Below are positions 25,201 to 39,319 of a stretch of 64,000 nucleotides of DNA, piece after piece (positions within the stretch are counted from its first letter, which is position 1; every line of letters starts with the position of its first letter). Below the pieces are notes generated by a model. The model was not told the origin of the DNA. It saw only the letters and a program-made list of their open reading frames with translations, and did no database searches. Position numbers and translations under genes: made by a program. Source of the stretch: Chiloscyllium plagiosum (taxonomy: Eukaryota); contig NC_057718.1 of assembly GCF_004010195.1 (NCBI RefSeq), positions 71,209,790-71,273,789 on the forward strand, read 5' to 3'.

Positions 25201-27990
25201 CTATTATTAGGAAACAAATAGAGGTTCGACTATAAAGGGTGCAATACACAATACAATCAAGCAGAGTCAGCATGGCTTCAAAAAACCATAAATTAGGCCT
25301 GACAAGTTTACTAGAATTCTTTGAAGAAATAACATGTAGAATAGATGAAGGAGAAGCCGCGCATATAACATATTTGGATTTTCAGAAGGAGTTTACAAAA
25401 ACTACCACACATTAGGCTCCTAATAAGACAAGAACATGGATACAAAGATTGGCTGATTATTAGAATACAGAGAGTTGGACTAAGAAAGGCATATCCAGGA
25501 TAGTGACCTGTAACAAGTGGAGTGCCAAAGCGATTAGTCCCAGGATCACAATTACTTACATTATATATGAATGACTTAGATGAGGTAAGTAAACATACTA
25601 TAGCCAGGTTTGTGACTTGCACAAAAATAGGTGAGAAGGCAAGTGGTGAAGATGGCACAGGGTCGACAGAGGGATAAAGAGAGATTAAGTGAGAGGGCAT
25701 AAACAGGACAGATGGAAAAATGCGAGGTTATGTACTTTGATAGGAAGAAAAGAATTGCTGATTATTTAAAATGGAAAAAGATTGCAGAAAGTCATAGACA
25801 GAGAGATTGGAGTCCTTGAGCATGGATCACAAAGTTAGCATCCAAGTTTAACTTGTAATAGGGTAAATGGAATTTATTTCAAAGAAACATAAAAGTAGGG
25901 AGGTTTTGCTAAAGCTATACCAAATACTGAACAGACTGAATAGTGTGGACATTAGGAAGGTGTTTCCATTGGCAGGGGAGATGAGGACACAGGGACATAG
26001 CCTTAGAGTAAAGGAAAATCCTTTAGAATTGTGATAAAGAAAAACTTCTTTAGACTAAGTGGTGAATCTGTAGAGGCCAGGTCATTGAATATATCTAAAA
26101 CAGAGATAGATAAGTTCTTGATTGCCAAGGAGAAAGCAAGAAATGGATTTGAAAAACCTATCAGCCAGGATTGATTGGCAGATCAGATTGATTGGCCAAA
26201 TGGCCTGATTTCTGCTCCTATATCTTATACAATGCACAAGTCAGAACACAGCTGCAATACTGTCATCCATTTCAGACCTCTTAACTAAGAAAGATGATAA
26301 TGGCACAGGCAAGTTCATCAGGGTGATACAGGATAGGAGGCACTGTCTTATGAGGAGAGGTTGAGTACATTCTGTCAAGGAGAGGCAACCTCATTGAAAT
26401 ATGGAAGATTTACTGTACACAACAGGGTACATGTTAGAAGGTTGTTTCCCCTTGTAGGGGAGTCCAGGACCAGAGGGCATAACTTCAGAGTATGGGGTCA
26501 CCCATTCAAGACAGAAATATCTCAGAGAATTTTCTTCACCACAAAGGATTGTTGAGTCTAGATCATTAAATATATTCAAGGCTGAGATAGACAATAGACA
26601 ATAGAGTTTCATTCTGCATGCTTTCATTCATTTGTTCACTTTCTGATCAGTCTCCTGTTAATGTCAGTTGATTCATTGTTTAAATTTAAGAGATTGCTAT
26701 TCGGACTAACCTGCGAGCTTACTGAATCAGACCTCTCAGACTGGTTCTGCTGCACTCTTTGGTTAAGTTCAGAAATGTGTAATCAATAAGGGAATCCAAG
26801 GGTTATAGGAAAAAAGCAAGAAAGTGTAGTGAGGGTTATCAGATTAGCCACGATCTCACTGAATTGCAGAACAGATAAAATAGGCTGACCAGCCTAATTC
26901 TCTATCCACATCTTGTGGTTAAAAGAGCAACCAAGTTATGTTAGAACTGAATAAAATGCTCGTTAAGCCACAACTTCAGTACTGCACACAGCTCTGATCA
27001 GCACATTAGTACATTTACCACTGTTAAGGACTAAGCCAGACCACTCTTAAAACAGGCAGCTCAGACCATAACTTTGCAATTTGTTTTGGAAAGTGTACAG
27101 AGAAAATTACCCGGATTAAGTTAGCTAGGTTGACTATTAGATTTTAAAACAGACAAAAATGTATTCATAAAATTACACAATGAAACACAAAGAACAGAAC
27201 AAAGAACTCAGCCTATCCAACTAGATTTAATTATGCTGTTCCGAATATATACAACAGTCCCAGTAAGCAAACTTCGTTTAAAAACCAGTATAGATGGAAC
27301 ACATGCTTACAGGTTGAAATTGAAGGGCAGAAGAGTTTACACATGGCTCCCTGTTGAACTTTGCACCAGCTCAGACTGAACTAAAACTGCTCAGCTCAGC
27401 GAGAGAGCGAGCCATGCCCCTTTCTTTATAAAGGTCACTTCTAAAACATGACCACTTTGGCCTGAAGTCTCATCTGTTTACATACAAACAAAAGGCCTCT
27501 CAAAATCCTTTTCATCCCTGTACCAAACCAGCCTGAATGGAGGCTGGCCCGGTTTATTGCTCCTCTGAACAAAAGAAATCAAGGACACAGTCTCCTTGAG
27601 CCAAGGAACAGGTTTTAGAAAAAAAAAGATGCTAGCTTTGTGACACTACCTTCTTAGAAAGAGAGTGCAGAACAGATTTACCAGGACGCTGATTTGGCTT
27701 AACTGTCTGAATTATCACAGAATGGGTAGTCTGGGGTTGCTTTGCTTGGAGCAGTGAATTTTAAGTGGCAATCTGATAGACATGCATAAGGTTATGTGGG
27801 GCATAGATAGCAAGAAAAGGAAGGCACATTTTTCTATATTAGATCAATAGCAAAGTATAAACATCACAGAAAAACATCCATCACCGAACCATGTCTGAAT
27901 CAACCATGATGCCATTCAAAACAACCAGAAGGAATGGATTTAAGCTAAGAGATAGAAAGCTAAAACAGAGAGCTAAGAAGAAATGTTTTC
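22270..27990 (+). mobile_element. Old CR1 LINE fragments with LTR-like inserts (about 23112-23900 and 27022-27645)
   Basis: ORF1 end, endonuclease and RT remnants with many frameshifts. Confidence 0.7.
27022..27645 (-). mobile_element. Solo LTR
   Basis: TGTTA...TGACA termini, flanks CCAC/CTAC. Confidence 0.65.
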
Positions 27991-28315
27991 ACTAAACAAA
28001 ATTACATGAACATTCCAATGGGTTTGCAGTCACCTGCTCCCGAACACATGGGCATTTTGGCCTTACACATATCTTTGAACTGTCACAAAATCCAAACCCC
28101 TATGCTATGAGTTTGAAATCCAAAAAGTATTTTAAAAAATCTCTAAATTTCTATCACAACAGCACTCACCCTACATTCCATATCTGCTTAGTATTTACAT
28201 GCTGATCAAAGTGTTTTTGTGCTCCATTTTCTGTTAATTACTATTCTGTTCTCCCCTTGACAGTTATGCTTCCTAAATCAATTCTCTCATAATTTATTCT
28301 ACTTAGTCTGCTTAC

Positions 28316-29430
28316 TGTAGTGATTGTAATGAGGTTAGTCCCAGGTCATAGAATCCTTATAGTGCTGAAACGGTGCACACCAACCCACTCCCCTACCCTA
28401 TATCTGTAAATGCTGCATTTCCCATGGCTAATCTACCTAGCTTGCACGCCTTTGGACTGTGGGAGGAAACTTGAGCACCCACTGGAAGCCCTTGCAAGCA
28501 CGAGAGAGCGTGCAAACTCCATAGAGTCGTCTAAGGCTGGAATCGAACCCAGGTCCCTGACACCAAGAGGCAGTAGTGCAAACTACTGAACCACCATGCC
28601 ACCCATGGAATGTGGGCATAGACCTCAGATTAGGAGTTCCCTGATTGGAGTGTTAATCTGGTCCAATCAGGATGCCCCATCTGACATAAGAACAGGAGTA
28701 TCTGGCTCCACTGGAGCTGAATCAATGTTAAGAACCTCCATGTGTAAATAAAGGGTGACTTGGTGGCAGGATACAAACCTCTGTGGAGTTTTTTCAGTGG
28801 CAACGAGGGAAAAGCATGCTCCTGAAGAAATTCACTTGCAACAGCAATCTTTCAGTTGGGGTAAGCACTTCTGGCATCATGCATCATTATTTGGGAAGCT
28901 TGACTGTTCTATCCAGCCAAAGACTGAGCCCAATATGTGAAATTAATATATTGTTTTCTGGGCAAATGACATTGGGGCAGATGAAAAGCAACAAGTAATT
29001 CTCCAGACTGTTTGTGCACCCACAGCTTTATTGACTATTAAGAGCCTAGATTTTCCCTGGTGTACCAGATACTAAAACCTTTCAAGAGTTGATTTAGTTG
29101 AGGAATATTATGACCTCAAGCATCCTCTAATTCAAAGAAGCTACCCGTTTTACTCAGCAATTCGAGAACAAGGAGAATCCATAGCTGGAGGTTTGACTGG
29201 GTTAAGATGACTGGCAAAGGCATATGACTTTGGTTTAACCCTTAAATGAAATGCTGAAAGACCATTTGGTATGTGGGATTAATGGTAAAACGCATACCAG
29301 CTGAAGCCCAACTGAACTTCAAACTGACACTACAACTGGCTTTATCAGTGAGTTTATGTCTTTATGAGTTGATGGCTTTATGAGTTGCAGGATATTCCAA
29401 TGGAAGTGGATACCCTTGCCAGTCCAACTG
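28316..29430 (+). mobile_element. Gypsy (Mag-like) LTR retrotransposon 5' end: LTR 28316-28796 (with SINE insert 28346-28604), PBS, decayed gag
   Basis: TG...CA LTR with AATAAA; PBS TGGCAACGAGG at 28798; gag remnants LFGKLD, REQGESI, EMLKDHLVCGIN. Confidence 0.75.
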
Positions 29431-29575
29431 AGCTATCACAAAGTAAATGCAAAAAAATTGGATATTAAAATTTTGTTTTGCTTTATTACAATTCAGAAAA
29501 CAAAAGTAGGCAAAATTAACTTAAAAACTAACATAACTCTAGGAAATTGATACTGATTAAGAGACAGAAACTCAC

Positions 29576-29621
29576 CCAGATTGAATGTGTGAAAATTGTG
29601 GTACTTAGAAATGATAAAATC
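29576..29621 (-). other. Candidate 46-nt exon of minus-strand host gene
   Basis: Acceptor TTATCTTGCACTAG and consensus donor GTGAGT in unique sequence; reads ILSFLSTTIFTHSIW or DFIISKYHNFHTFNL. Confidence 0.45.
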
Positions 29622-29709
29622 CTAGTGCAAGATAATTTACATCTCAGTTTTAAATGAAATAAGTGAGAACACAGAAGACAACCCGAACATAAATGTTACT
29701 ATAAACTTC

Positions 29710-30175
29710 TCATAGGAAGGATTTAGAGGAATATTGGCCAGGTGCTAGCAGGTGGAACTAGATTGGGTTGGGATATCTGGTCGGCTCCCATTTCTATTTT
29801 AAGCCTGATGCAGCACAAGGGTTAGGAACAGCCCCTCGTTTTTCCATTTGGAACAAATTATTGCGCACGTTGAACTCTCCTGAACTCTACAACATGGATA
29901 GGATAGACAAAGTATTTTCCCTATGGCTGGGGAGTCCAGAACTAGAGGGCATAGGTTTAGGGTGAGAGGGGAAAGATATAAAAGAGACNNNNNNNNNNNC
30001 TGGTACAATTGCAACATTTAAGAGGCATTTGGATGGGTATATGAATAGGAAGGGTTTGGAGGGATATTGGCCGGGTGCTGGCAGGTGGGACTAGATTGGG
30101 TTGGGATATCTGTACAGCATGGACAGGTTGGACCGAAGGGTCTGTTTCCATGCTGTACAGCTCTATGACTCTATA
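29710..30175 (+). mobile_element. CR1 LINE 3' end fragments (gap 29989-29999)
   Basis: Near-identical to other CR1 3' UTRs ending CTCTATGACTCTAT. Confidence 0.85.
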
Positions 30176-30840
30176 AATGGGGCTAATAATTGCAGATGTT
30201 CGCCAGAGCTGGTTTGCAATCAGAATATTCTTAGGTTTGTACCCAATATAAAATATGGAAAAAAACCCATGCTGAGACATCGAATGAAAGCCCTGACTTT
30301 GGGTACTTGCTGGAGTCAAACAATCTCAATGGAATATGGAGCAAATGGACAGCAGAAGACATTGGACGCTGGGTTGTTGATCACTGGTTATCTCAGCAAT
30401 AACGAGCAAGCAGCAAAGGCCAGATGAACCCAGATGAAGATATATATGCTGAAATACAGACAAGTGATAGCAAGAACCTAGGACCTAGCAACAGAACAAA
30501 GAACTCTAAAGACTGATCACCTGTAATACTCGGTATAAGTTGTAAACACTTATTTTATTAGTTACTTATTAATGTTATAATACATGTAATCCTTGGTAAA
30601 TTAGTCTGTGACACATTAGTTATGCAAGTTAAAGATAAGAGAAAAAGGTTCGCATAACATGAATATGCACTTCACAGCCTTCCAGGCTCAACTTAAGAGT
30701 TCAACAACTTCAAGCCATGAACTCTATCCTTCAGAGGGATACTTCTTCCCCTGTATCTGTCCAGTGTTTTCATGCTTCTATTTTCAATCAGTTTTTTAAA
30801 AATCACAACATCAGGTTATAGTCTAACAGGTTTATTTGAA

Positions 30841-30878
30841 AGCACTTGCTTTTGGAGCGCTGCTCCTTCATCAGGTAG
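30841..30878 (-). ncRNA. Decayed Penelope hammerhead motif, family C
   Basis: CUGAUGA-A-GGAGC-AGC-GCUCC-AAAAGCAA; core positions mutated relative to GAAAGCUA. Confidence 0.55.
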
Positions 30879-31354
30879 CTAACATGTTGGCCTATAACTT
30901 GGTGTTGTGTGACTTTTAAACTTTGTCCACCCCAGTCCAACACTGGCTCCTCCACATCATTTTCATTCAGCACTGACCTATATTACTATTCTCAGCATCT
31001 GGAGAACAATATTTTCTTTACAACTATTACCACTTCATAGTCCTTCTATTCTGACACCTTTGATCTCTACCCTCTCATATCTTGGAACTTTCCCTGACCA
31101 TTCAGCCATTCCCCCTTTTTCCAAACAGCAAATATTCATCACATTCCCACTTCTTATCCCCTCCAACGAATCATACTTGTCTCGATACATGAACTTTCAA
31201 ATTAGAATTAGATTTTATTGTCACATGTACTCAAGAATAATAACATGCAAGTAAAGTGAAGAGTGGGAGAAAGTGAGGACGGCAGATGCTGGAGATCAAA
31301 GTACAGAGTATGGTGCTGGAAAAGCACAGGTCAAGCAGCATCCCAGGAGCAGGA

Positions 31355-31390
31355 GAATCGACGTTTCGGGCATAAACCCTTCATCAGGAA
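31355..31390 (-). ncRNA. Minimal type I hammerhead ribozyme motif, family A (Penelope)
   Basis: UUC-CUGAUGA-A-GGGU-UUAU-GCCC-GAA-ACGU-C/GA: intact core, palindromic ACGU in place of stem III. Confidence 0.7.
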
Positions 31391-32004
31391 GAGTGTATAA
31401 AGTAGCCATTCTCCAGCGCCATTTTGATTACAAAACCGGAATGTTAAAAAAAAATTGAAGAGCCAAAAGGTAAGAAAATTTCTAAATCGTAAGTCTCAAG
31501 CTTTGTTTCGATAAAGGTGTTTGGAATGCTCAGCAGGCTCTCGGTTCCGCCCACGGCTTTGAGTCTGCATCAGCCTGCAATTCTCGTGTCGATCGCTGGG
31601 AGGAGCTGAATTCTGTTGCCACTGTAGATGTCACCACCACCTTCGATCACTGGGAGGAGCCATTCCGCTACTGCATCCAACCGCTGGGACCACCGGCAAG
31701 GGGTCACCATTATGCCAAAGATATGCTCTCTCTACCAAATGTCATGCTGCCGCTGGCTTCGGTTGCCAAGAGGAGCTCGGGAGCTACCTTCGATCCCACC
31801 GCCACTCCAATCACTGTGAGGCTGCCACCATTCTGCGCACAAGACACTGTCGCTGCTGCCAAATTGTCACAAAAAGCTTTAAAGAAAAGCAAATGAAAAG
31901 AAAACAAAGAGCAAAGTAAAAAGTAAGCAAACAGGAGTAGACAAGCCCCGGGGTCAGCCCTGCGACTTCGCCGACTCAAAAGAAACATTAATCTTCTTAA
32001 TACA

Positions 32005-32480
32005 TGTTCTGGATTAGTGGTGCTGGAAGAGCACAGCAGTTCAGGCAGCATCCAAGAAGCAGCGAAATCGACGTTTCGGGCAAAAGTCCTTCATCAGGAA
32101 TAAAGGCAGAGAGCCTTAAGCATGGAGAGATAAGCTAGAGTAGGGTGGGGGTGGGGAGAAAGTAGCATAGAGTACAATGGGTGAGTGGGGGAGGGAATGA
32201 AGGTGATAGGTNNNNNNNNNNNNNNNNNNNNNNNNNNNNNNNNNNNNNNNNNNNNNNNNNNNNNNNNNNNNNNNNNNNNNNNNNNNNNNNNNNNNNNNNN
32301 NNNNNNNNNNNNNNNNNNNNNNNNNNNNNNNNNNNNNNNNNNNNNNNNNNNNNNNNNNNGGGCGGTTTGGTTGATTGGTGCGGGTGTCCCGGAGATGTTC
32401 CCTAAAGCGCTCTGCTAGGAGGCGCCCAGTCTCCCCAATGTAGAGGAGACCGCATCGGGAGCAACGGATACAATAATACA
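32005..32480 (-). mobile_element. Penelope-like element 3' part with hammerhead motif at 32066-32100 (gap 32212-32359)
   Basis: GIY-YIG YCIRCSRCGLLYIGETGRLLAERFREH; CUGAUGA...GAAACGUC. Confidence 0.85.
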
Positions 32481-34187
32481 TGTTGCCAGACGTGAATTTC
32501 TCCAGTTCTTTCTGTTTTCATTTATTAACTTACAAATTTCCCTTTATTCACTTCATTAGTCAAGCATTGAGAGACAGAAACGAGGAAATTGTGACACCTG
32601 CTGTCAGACAGAACCTGAACATCTTGAAACCAGCTGATCACAGACAACCAGGATAAATTTGTACTGAAGCAAAAATTGCTGGAGAAACTGCAATTTTGTC
32701 TTTGTTTCAGAACCTCCAGCTTTTGTTTTAGATTAGTGATGAATTTATACAGGATAGATCACGGCTGATGGACCTTATTCATTTTATTTTAGGGATTTGA
32801 CGAAGTAGTGGGAATATCGTGAATGTTATAATTATTCCAGACTGTACGGGATGAAGTCCCCAAAAGAGAATTTTAGCCACAGTGGAAATCTATGGAATTG
32901 AGGCTCAGTTTGGAAATTGATTAAATGCCAGGAGACAATCAAATCCAAATCTCACTTGCAGTGTCTGTAGGGATCAACATTGCAGCGTCAACATTTCACC
33001 ATTTTTATTAACTATAATCCTATTATTTGACATGACCTACCTTTCACAAAGCCACATAAGTTTCTCCCTGATCAGCTAGTTTCAAGACGATCAGTCACCT
33101 TAATTATAGGTTCAAGTAATCTGAAGATATTAGGCAAACCAAGCAATAAATTCCTGGTAACAAATCAAAAAATTGCAATATTGGAAATCTGAAACAAAAA
33201 TAGAAATTGCTGGAGAAACTCAACAGGTCTGACTGCATCTGTTGAGCGAAAGCAGAGTTAATGTTTCAAGTCCAGTGACCCTGGACTCCCTAGTTGCTTT
33301 TTTAGATTAGATTACTTAGTGTGGAAACAGGCCCTTCAGCCCAACAAGTCCACACCGACCCACCGAAGCGAAACCCACCCATACCCCTACATTTACCCCT
33401 TTAACCTAACACTACCGGCAATTTAGCATGGCCAATTCACCTGACCCACTGTGCCGCCCTGTTCTTAAGTAATGAGAGTTCTTAAAGAGAGAACTTTGGA
33501 AGATTAGCAAATGACACAAAGAGCAGCATTATCAGCAGTGCAGGTTGAACTACAACATTATGAATAAGTGTTCACAGATTAGATGATTGGCCAAAATTGT
33601 CACAAATGGATTTCAAAGTAGGCAAACATGAAAGCATCCACTGTAGAACTTGAGGACAGAGATGGTAAAATGTGAGAAAAAGTGGGAGGTGCAAACAAGT
33701 TCTGGAACATGCCACAAAAATGGGTGAAAAACCTAATGGAATACTAGGCTTTATATGTGGAGGGGCAGACTTGCGTGCCAAAAGGTATACACATTACCTG
33801 GCACTTATTATTCCCAAACCTAGGGAAGGATAACATTGCAGCAACTCATATTGATGCTTTGTTAGCATCATTCAAAGCAACAAACTACCATGTAAACAGA
33901 CAAGTAGCAGCAGGGGAACATCAACTGCAAGTTCCCCTCCAAACTACCCACCATCCTGACTTGAAGTCACCATTCCTTCACAGGTACTGGATCAAATTCT
34001 GAAACTCCTTCCTTAATAGCACCGTGTCTCGACACCCCAAAGACTGTCTGTATTATCACAGATATTTTGAAGTGTGAATTTGCTGTGTTTGTATGATAGA
34101 GAGTAAATTCACCACAAAGTTAAACATGCCCAATGTAGTCCAAGTTCACTTTTGATGAGAAAAGTATATTAATACTGTTAGCCAAAA

Positions 34188-34950
34188 GCAATGGAGTTCA
34201 ACCCTGCCAAGTGTGAGGTTGTCCATTTTGGAAAGACAAATAAGAATGCGGAATACAAGGTTAACGGTAGGGTTCTTAGTGAGGTGGAGGAACAGAGGGA
34301 TCTTGGGGTCTATGTTCATAGGTCTTTGAAAGTTGCCACTCAGGTGGATAGAGCTTGTAAGAAGGCCTATGGTGTATTAGCATTGATTAGCAGAGGGATT
34401 GAATTCAAGAGTCATTAAGTGATGTTGCAACTGTACAGGACTTTGGTTAGGCCACAATTGGAGTACTGTGTGCAGTTCTGGTCGCCTCACTTTAGGAAGG
34501 ATGTGGAAGCTTTGGAGAGGGTGCAGAGAAGATTTACCAGGATGTTGCCTGGAATAGAGAATAGGTCGTACGAGGGTAGGTTGAGAGTGCTAGGCCTTTT
34601 CTCGTTGGAACGACGAAGGATGAGGGGTGACTTGATAGAGGTTTATAAGATGATCAGAGGAATAGATAGAGTAGACAGTCAGAAACTTTTTCCCCAGGTA
34701 CAACAGAGTGTTACAAGGGGACATAAATTTAAGGTGAAGGGTGGAAGGTATAGGGGAGATGTCAGGGGTGGGTTCTTTACCCAGAGAGTGGTGGGGCCAT
34801 GGAATGCGCTGCCTGTGGGAGTGGTAGAGTCAGAATCTTTGGTGACCTTTAAGCGGCAATTGGATGGGTGCTTAAGCTAGGACAAATGTTCGGCACAAAA
34901 TCGTGGGCCGAAGGGCCTGTTCAGTGCTGTATTGTTCTATGTTCTATGTT
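34188..34950 (+). mobile_element. Young 5'-truncated CR1 LINE 3' end
   Basis: Nearly open RT C-terminus (ORFs 34191 and 34419), (GTTCTAT)n tail. Confidence 0.9.
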
Positions 34951-37590
34951 CAAGGTAATGAGTGTTCAGGAGCAGCATATTCCTGTTAGCTTGAACACTG
35001 GATGACTTATGATATTCAGGCACTGGTCAAGATAAGAAAGGGGGCATATGTCAGGGAGAGGCAGCTGGGATCAAATAAATCCTTTGAGAAGTAAGGGGAT
35101 GCAGGAGTACAAAACAAGTGACATGAGATAGCTTTAGCAGTTAAAGTAAAAGAGAATCCAAAGAGATTCTAAAATATATGAAGGGCAAAACACTAACAAG
35201 GGAAAGAATTATGGCCCCTTAAAGATCAAGGGGTCATCTATGTGTGAAGTCGCAGGAGGTGGATCAGATCCTAAATAAATATTTCTCATTCAGTATTTAA
35301 TGTGCAGAAACATGTGGAAACTAGGGAACCAGTCGGGGGGTGTGTGAGATTTAGGTCCAAGTAGATAAATCCCTTGGACCTAAATCAATTGTATCCCAGG
35401 GAAGCTAGGGAAGAAATTGCAGGGTCCTGAGCAAGCATATTTCCAACATCAGAACGGAGGTATGGGAAGACTGGAGGGTGGCTAATGTTGTACCATTATT
35501 GAACAAAGGCTGCAAAGAAAAGCCAGGAAACTACAGACCGGTGATCCTGATGTCAGCTGTGGACAACTTGTTGGAGGGGATTCTGAGAGACAGGATGCTA
35601 GAGAGATTTGAGAAGATTTGTAGCACAGGTTTAGGTTCTGGATGTAGTTTTGCTTGCTGAGCTGGAAGGTTCATTTGCAGATGTTTCATCACTATGCCAG
35701 GCAACATCTTCAGTGAGCCTCCAGACAAAGCACTGCTGGTGTTTCCTGCTTTCCAATTGGAATGCCATGCTTCTAGGAATTCTCGTGCACGTCTCTGTTT
35801 GGCTTGTCCTAGGATGGATGTGTTGTCCCAGTCGAAGTGGTGTTCTTCCTTATCTGTAACTAAGGATACTAGTAAGAGTGGGTCATGTCGTTTTGTGGCT
35901 AGTTGATGTTCATGTATCCTGGTGGCTAGTTTTCAGCCTATTTATCTAATGTAGTGTTTATTACAGTTCTTGCATGGTATTTTGATATTTACATTAGGTT
36001 TGCTTGTTGTCTGTAGCCCACAAACGCACCAATACATTAAACAGCAACTAATGAACTTGAAATACTCTATACAGTCAAACAGGCAGAAAATTAGCCACCA
36101 GGATACATGAACATCAACTAGCCACAAAACAACATGACCCTCTCCTACTACTATCCTTACATATAGATAAGAAAGGACATCACTTCGACTGGGACAACAC
36201 ATCTATCCCAGGACAAGCCAAAACAGACACATGCACGAGAATTCCTAGAAGCATGGCATTCCAACCAGAACTCGATCAATAAACACATTAACTTGGATCC
36301 CATTTGCCACCCCCTGAGAAAAAGAAAGAACAGGAAATGGTGTCAATACAGGAAATGATATTGCCAACCCAAGGAAACCCAAACATATAAATAGAAAGCA
36401 GGAAAGCAGTGCTTCGTCCAGAGGCTCACTGAAGATGTTACCTAGTATGGTGATGAAATGTCTGAAAATGAACCTTCCAGCTCAGCAAGCAAACCTACAT
36501 CCAGGGGATCCACATGCATTTGGAAAGGCAAGGACTGATCAGGGATAGTCAGCATGGTTTTGTGGATGGGAAAGCATGCCTCACAAATTTGATCGCATTC
36601 TTTGAGGAAGTCACCAAGACAGATGAAGGCAGAATTGTAGGCACTGTCTATATGAATTTTAGCAACACTTTCACCAAGTTCCACATGGTAGACTGATTAG
36701 TAAGGCTGGATCACTTGGAATTCAGAGACAGCTAGCCAACTGGATACAGAATTTGGGTGACAGAGATTGGTGGTCGAGGGTTATTGTTCAGTCTGGACAC
36801 CTGTGACCAGCAGTGTGTCACAGGGATCATTGCCGAGTCCACTGTTTGACATTTATATAAATTATGAGATTTTTGAAGGCGTGGTTAGTAAATTTGCAGA
36901 TGACACTAAAATTGGTGTTTGGTGGACAGTGTAGGTTATCTAAGAATAAAAGGGGACCTTGATCAACTAGGCCAGTGGGCAAAGGAATGGCAGATGGATT
37001 TTAATTCAGATCAATGCAACAAACCAGAGGAGAACTTGCACAACTAAGGTTGGGCCCTGGGGAGTGTTGTTGAAAAGAGAGATCTAGGGGTGCAGGTACA
37101 CAGTTCCTTGAAAGTGGCATCACAGGTAGACAGGGTGGTGAAGGCAGCATTTGGCATGCTTGCCTTCATCAGTCAGAGCACGGAGTACAGGAGTTGAGAT
37201 GTCATGTTACGGCTGTTCAAGATATTGGTAAGGCCATGTTTGGAATACTTTGGATAATTCTGGAAGGAACTGGAACAGGTGCAACAAAGATTTACAAGGG
37301 TATTATCGAGACTGGAAGGTTTGAGTTATAAGAAGACGCTGAACTGGTGGGAACCCTTTTCTCTGGAGAATAGGAAGCTGAGGTTATAGAGGTTATGAAA
37401 TCATAAGGAGCATAGAGCCAAGCTCTTTTACCTACTGTAGTGGAGTCCAAAACTAGACAAAATAGGTTTAAGGAGAGAGGGAGAAGATTTAAAAGGGTCA
37501 TGAGGGGTAACCTTTTCACAAAGAGGTAGGTGCGTTTCTGGAGTGAGCTGCCAGAGGAAGTAGTAGAGTTGGGTACAATTACAATAATTA
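34950..37590 (+). mobile_element. Degraded CR1 LINE ORF2
   Basis: ANVVPL-KG-KEKPGNYRP, SQHGFV-GK-CLTNL, KFADDTKIG. Confidence 0.85.
35597..36510. mobile_element. Penelope-like element (family B) in inverted-repeat configuration
   Basis: 35597-36020 is largely the reverse complement of 36020-36510; GIY-YIG remnant; decayed hammerheads at 35680-35716 (-) and 36424-36465 (+). Confidence 0.8.
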
Positions 37591-38149
37591 ACAAGGTAAA
37601 AACAATGACTGCAGATGCTGGAAACCAGATTCTGGATCAGTGGTGCTGAAAGAGCACAGCAATTCAGGCAGCATCCGACGAGCAGCAAAATCGATGTTTC
37701 GGGCAAAAGCCCTTCATCATGAATAAAGGCAGAGAGCCTGAAGCGTGGACAGATAAGCTCAAGTTAAAAGGCGAATATAACACAAAAACAGGCACAAATG
37801 AGGCTGTGAACTGAAATGTTGCAGGCCCACCATGAGACATACAAGGAAACAATATCCAGTTATGTCTCAATGAAGATTCAGTTCACTCATTTCTGAGTGT
37901 TACATTTTCTGTTAAATTACGAGCCTAGCATGGGAAGCTAAATAACCATGACGACAGGACAGGCATATGACAAGTTTGGGGCTGTTGATTGAATGGTTTC
38001 ATGATGGGTGAGGGTGGGTGTGTAGGTGTGCACTACATGGTTTGAAGTTGTGCTATGCTATTCTTGCAAATATAAACTAAATTGACAGTTTCAGAGATTT
38101 GGAAAGGTACTGATTGCTGAAGTCTCATTTGCACAGCACAATGTGTGAC

Positions 38150-38750
38150 AATACCTCCTCCCTCACCTCTATCCAAGGCTCTAAAGGAGCCTTCCACATC
38201 CATCAAAGTTTTACTTGCACATCCACTAATATCATTTATTGTATCCGTTGCTCCCGATGCGGTCTCCTCTACATTGGGGGGACTGGGCGCCTCCTAGCAG
38301 AGCGCTTTAGGGAACATCTCCGAAACACCCGCACCAATCAACCAAACCTCCCCATGGCCCAATATTTCAACTCCCCCTCCCACTCTGCCGAGGACATGGA
38401 GGTCCTGGGCCTCCTTCACCGCCGCTCCCTCACCACCAGACGCCTGGAGGTAGAACGCCTCATCTTCCGCCTTGGAACACTTCAACCCCAGGGCATCAAT
38501 GTGGACTTCAACAGCTTCCTCATTTCCCCTTCACCCACCTCATCCTAGTTTCAAACTTCCAGCTCCACATTGTCCCCTTGATTTGTCCGACCTGCCTAGC
38601 TCCTTTTCCACCTATCCACTCCACACTCTCCTCCCTGACCTATCACCTTCATCTCCTCCCCCACTCACCTATTGTACTCTATGCTACTTTCTCCCCACCC
38701 CCACCCTCCTCTGGCTTATCTCTCCACTCTTCAGGCTCTCTGCCTTTACT
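38150..38750 (+). mobile_element. Penelope-like element GIY-YIG 3' fragment
   Basis: ORF 38114-38548 FTCTSTNIIYCIRCSRCGLLYIG...LGTLQPQGINVDF. Confidence 0.9.
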
Positions 38751-39319
38751 GTACTGTAACTAACTTGCATTTAAAGTAACTAGCCATGCAAAAATTTCTA
38801 GAATCAATGTCTCTTGCCCAAGGTCTTTCAAGAAACCTACTTTCTGAACTTTCCAAGCCAGAAAATGGTCAAGAAGATTCATTATTATGCAAAAACTGAC
38901 ACTTTCCATGAACCTCAGGTCAGAATCATAGCACTCTATTACATTTTCAAATCATACACTTCTCCACTAGTTACACAATTTCCAATAGCATAGCTGTAGC
39001 ATGATTAGTATGGGAATACGGAGGACTCCAAAACAGCCATCAGATGTAAGGAACTACATAGCTACAAAGTGACTTCAAAATAACTGATTTCAAAATAATC
39101 AACTGATTTGAACCGAGGGACAAAAAAAGCAGTGAAAGCAAAGTTCCCTGAAGCACTTCTGTTTACACTAAAATAATTTAATTTCGCTACAAAGATTCCG
39201 CTCGTTTGGGGGATCAATAGTATATTAACATGTTTATACATACAGTTCACCAAAATTAAATTTCTGGATGACTGGAAGTATGGAAAATAAAGAACATGAA
39301 AGCATGGGAAGGGTTAAAG

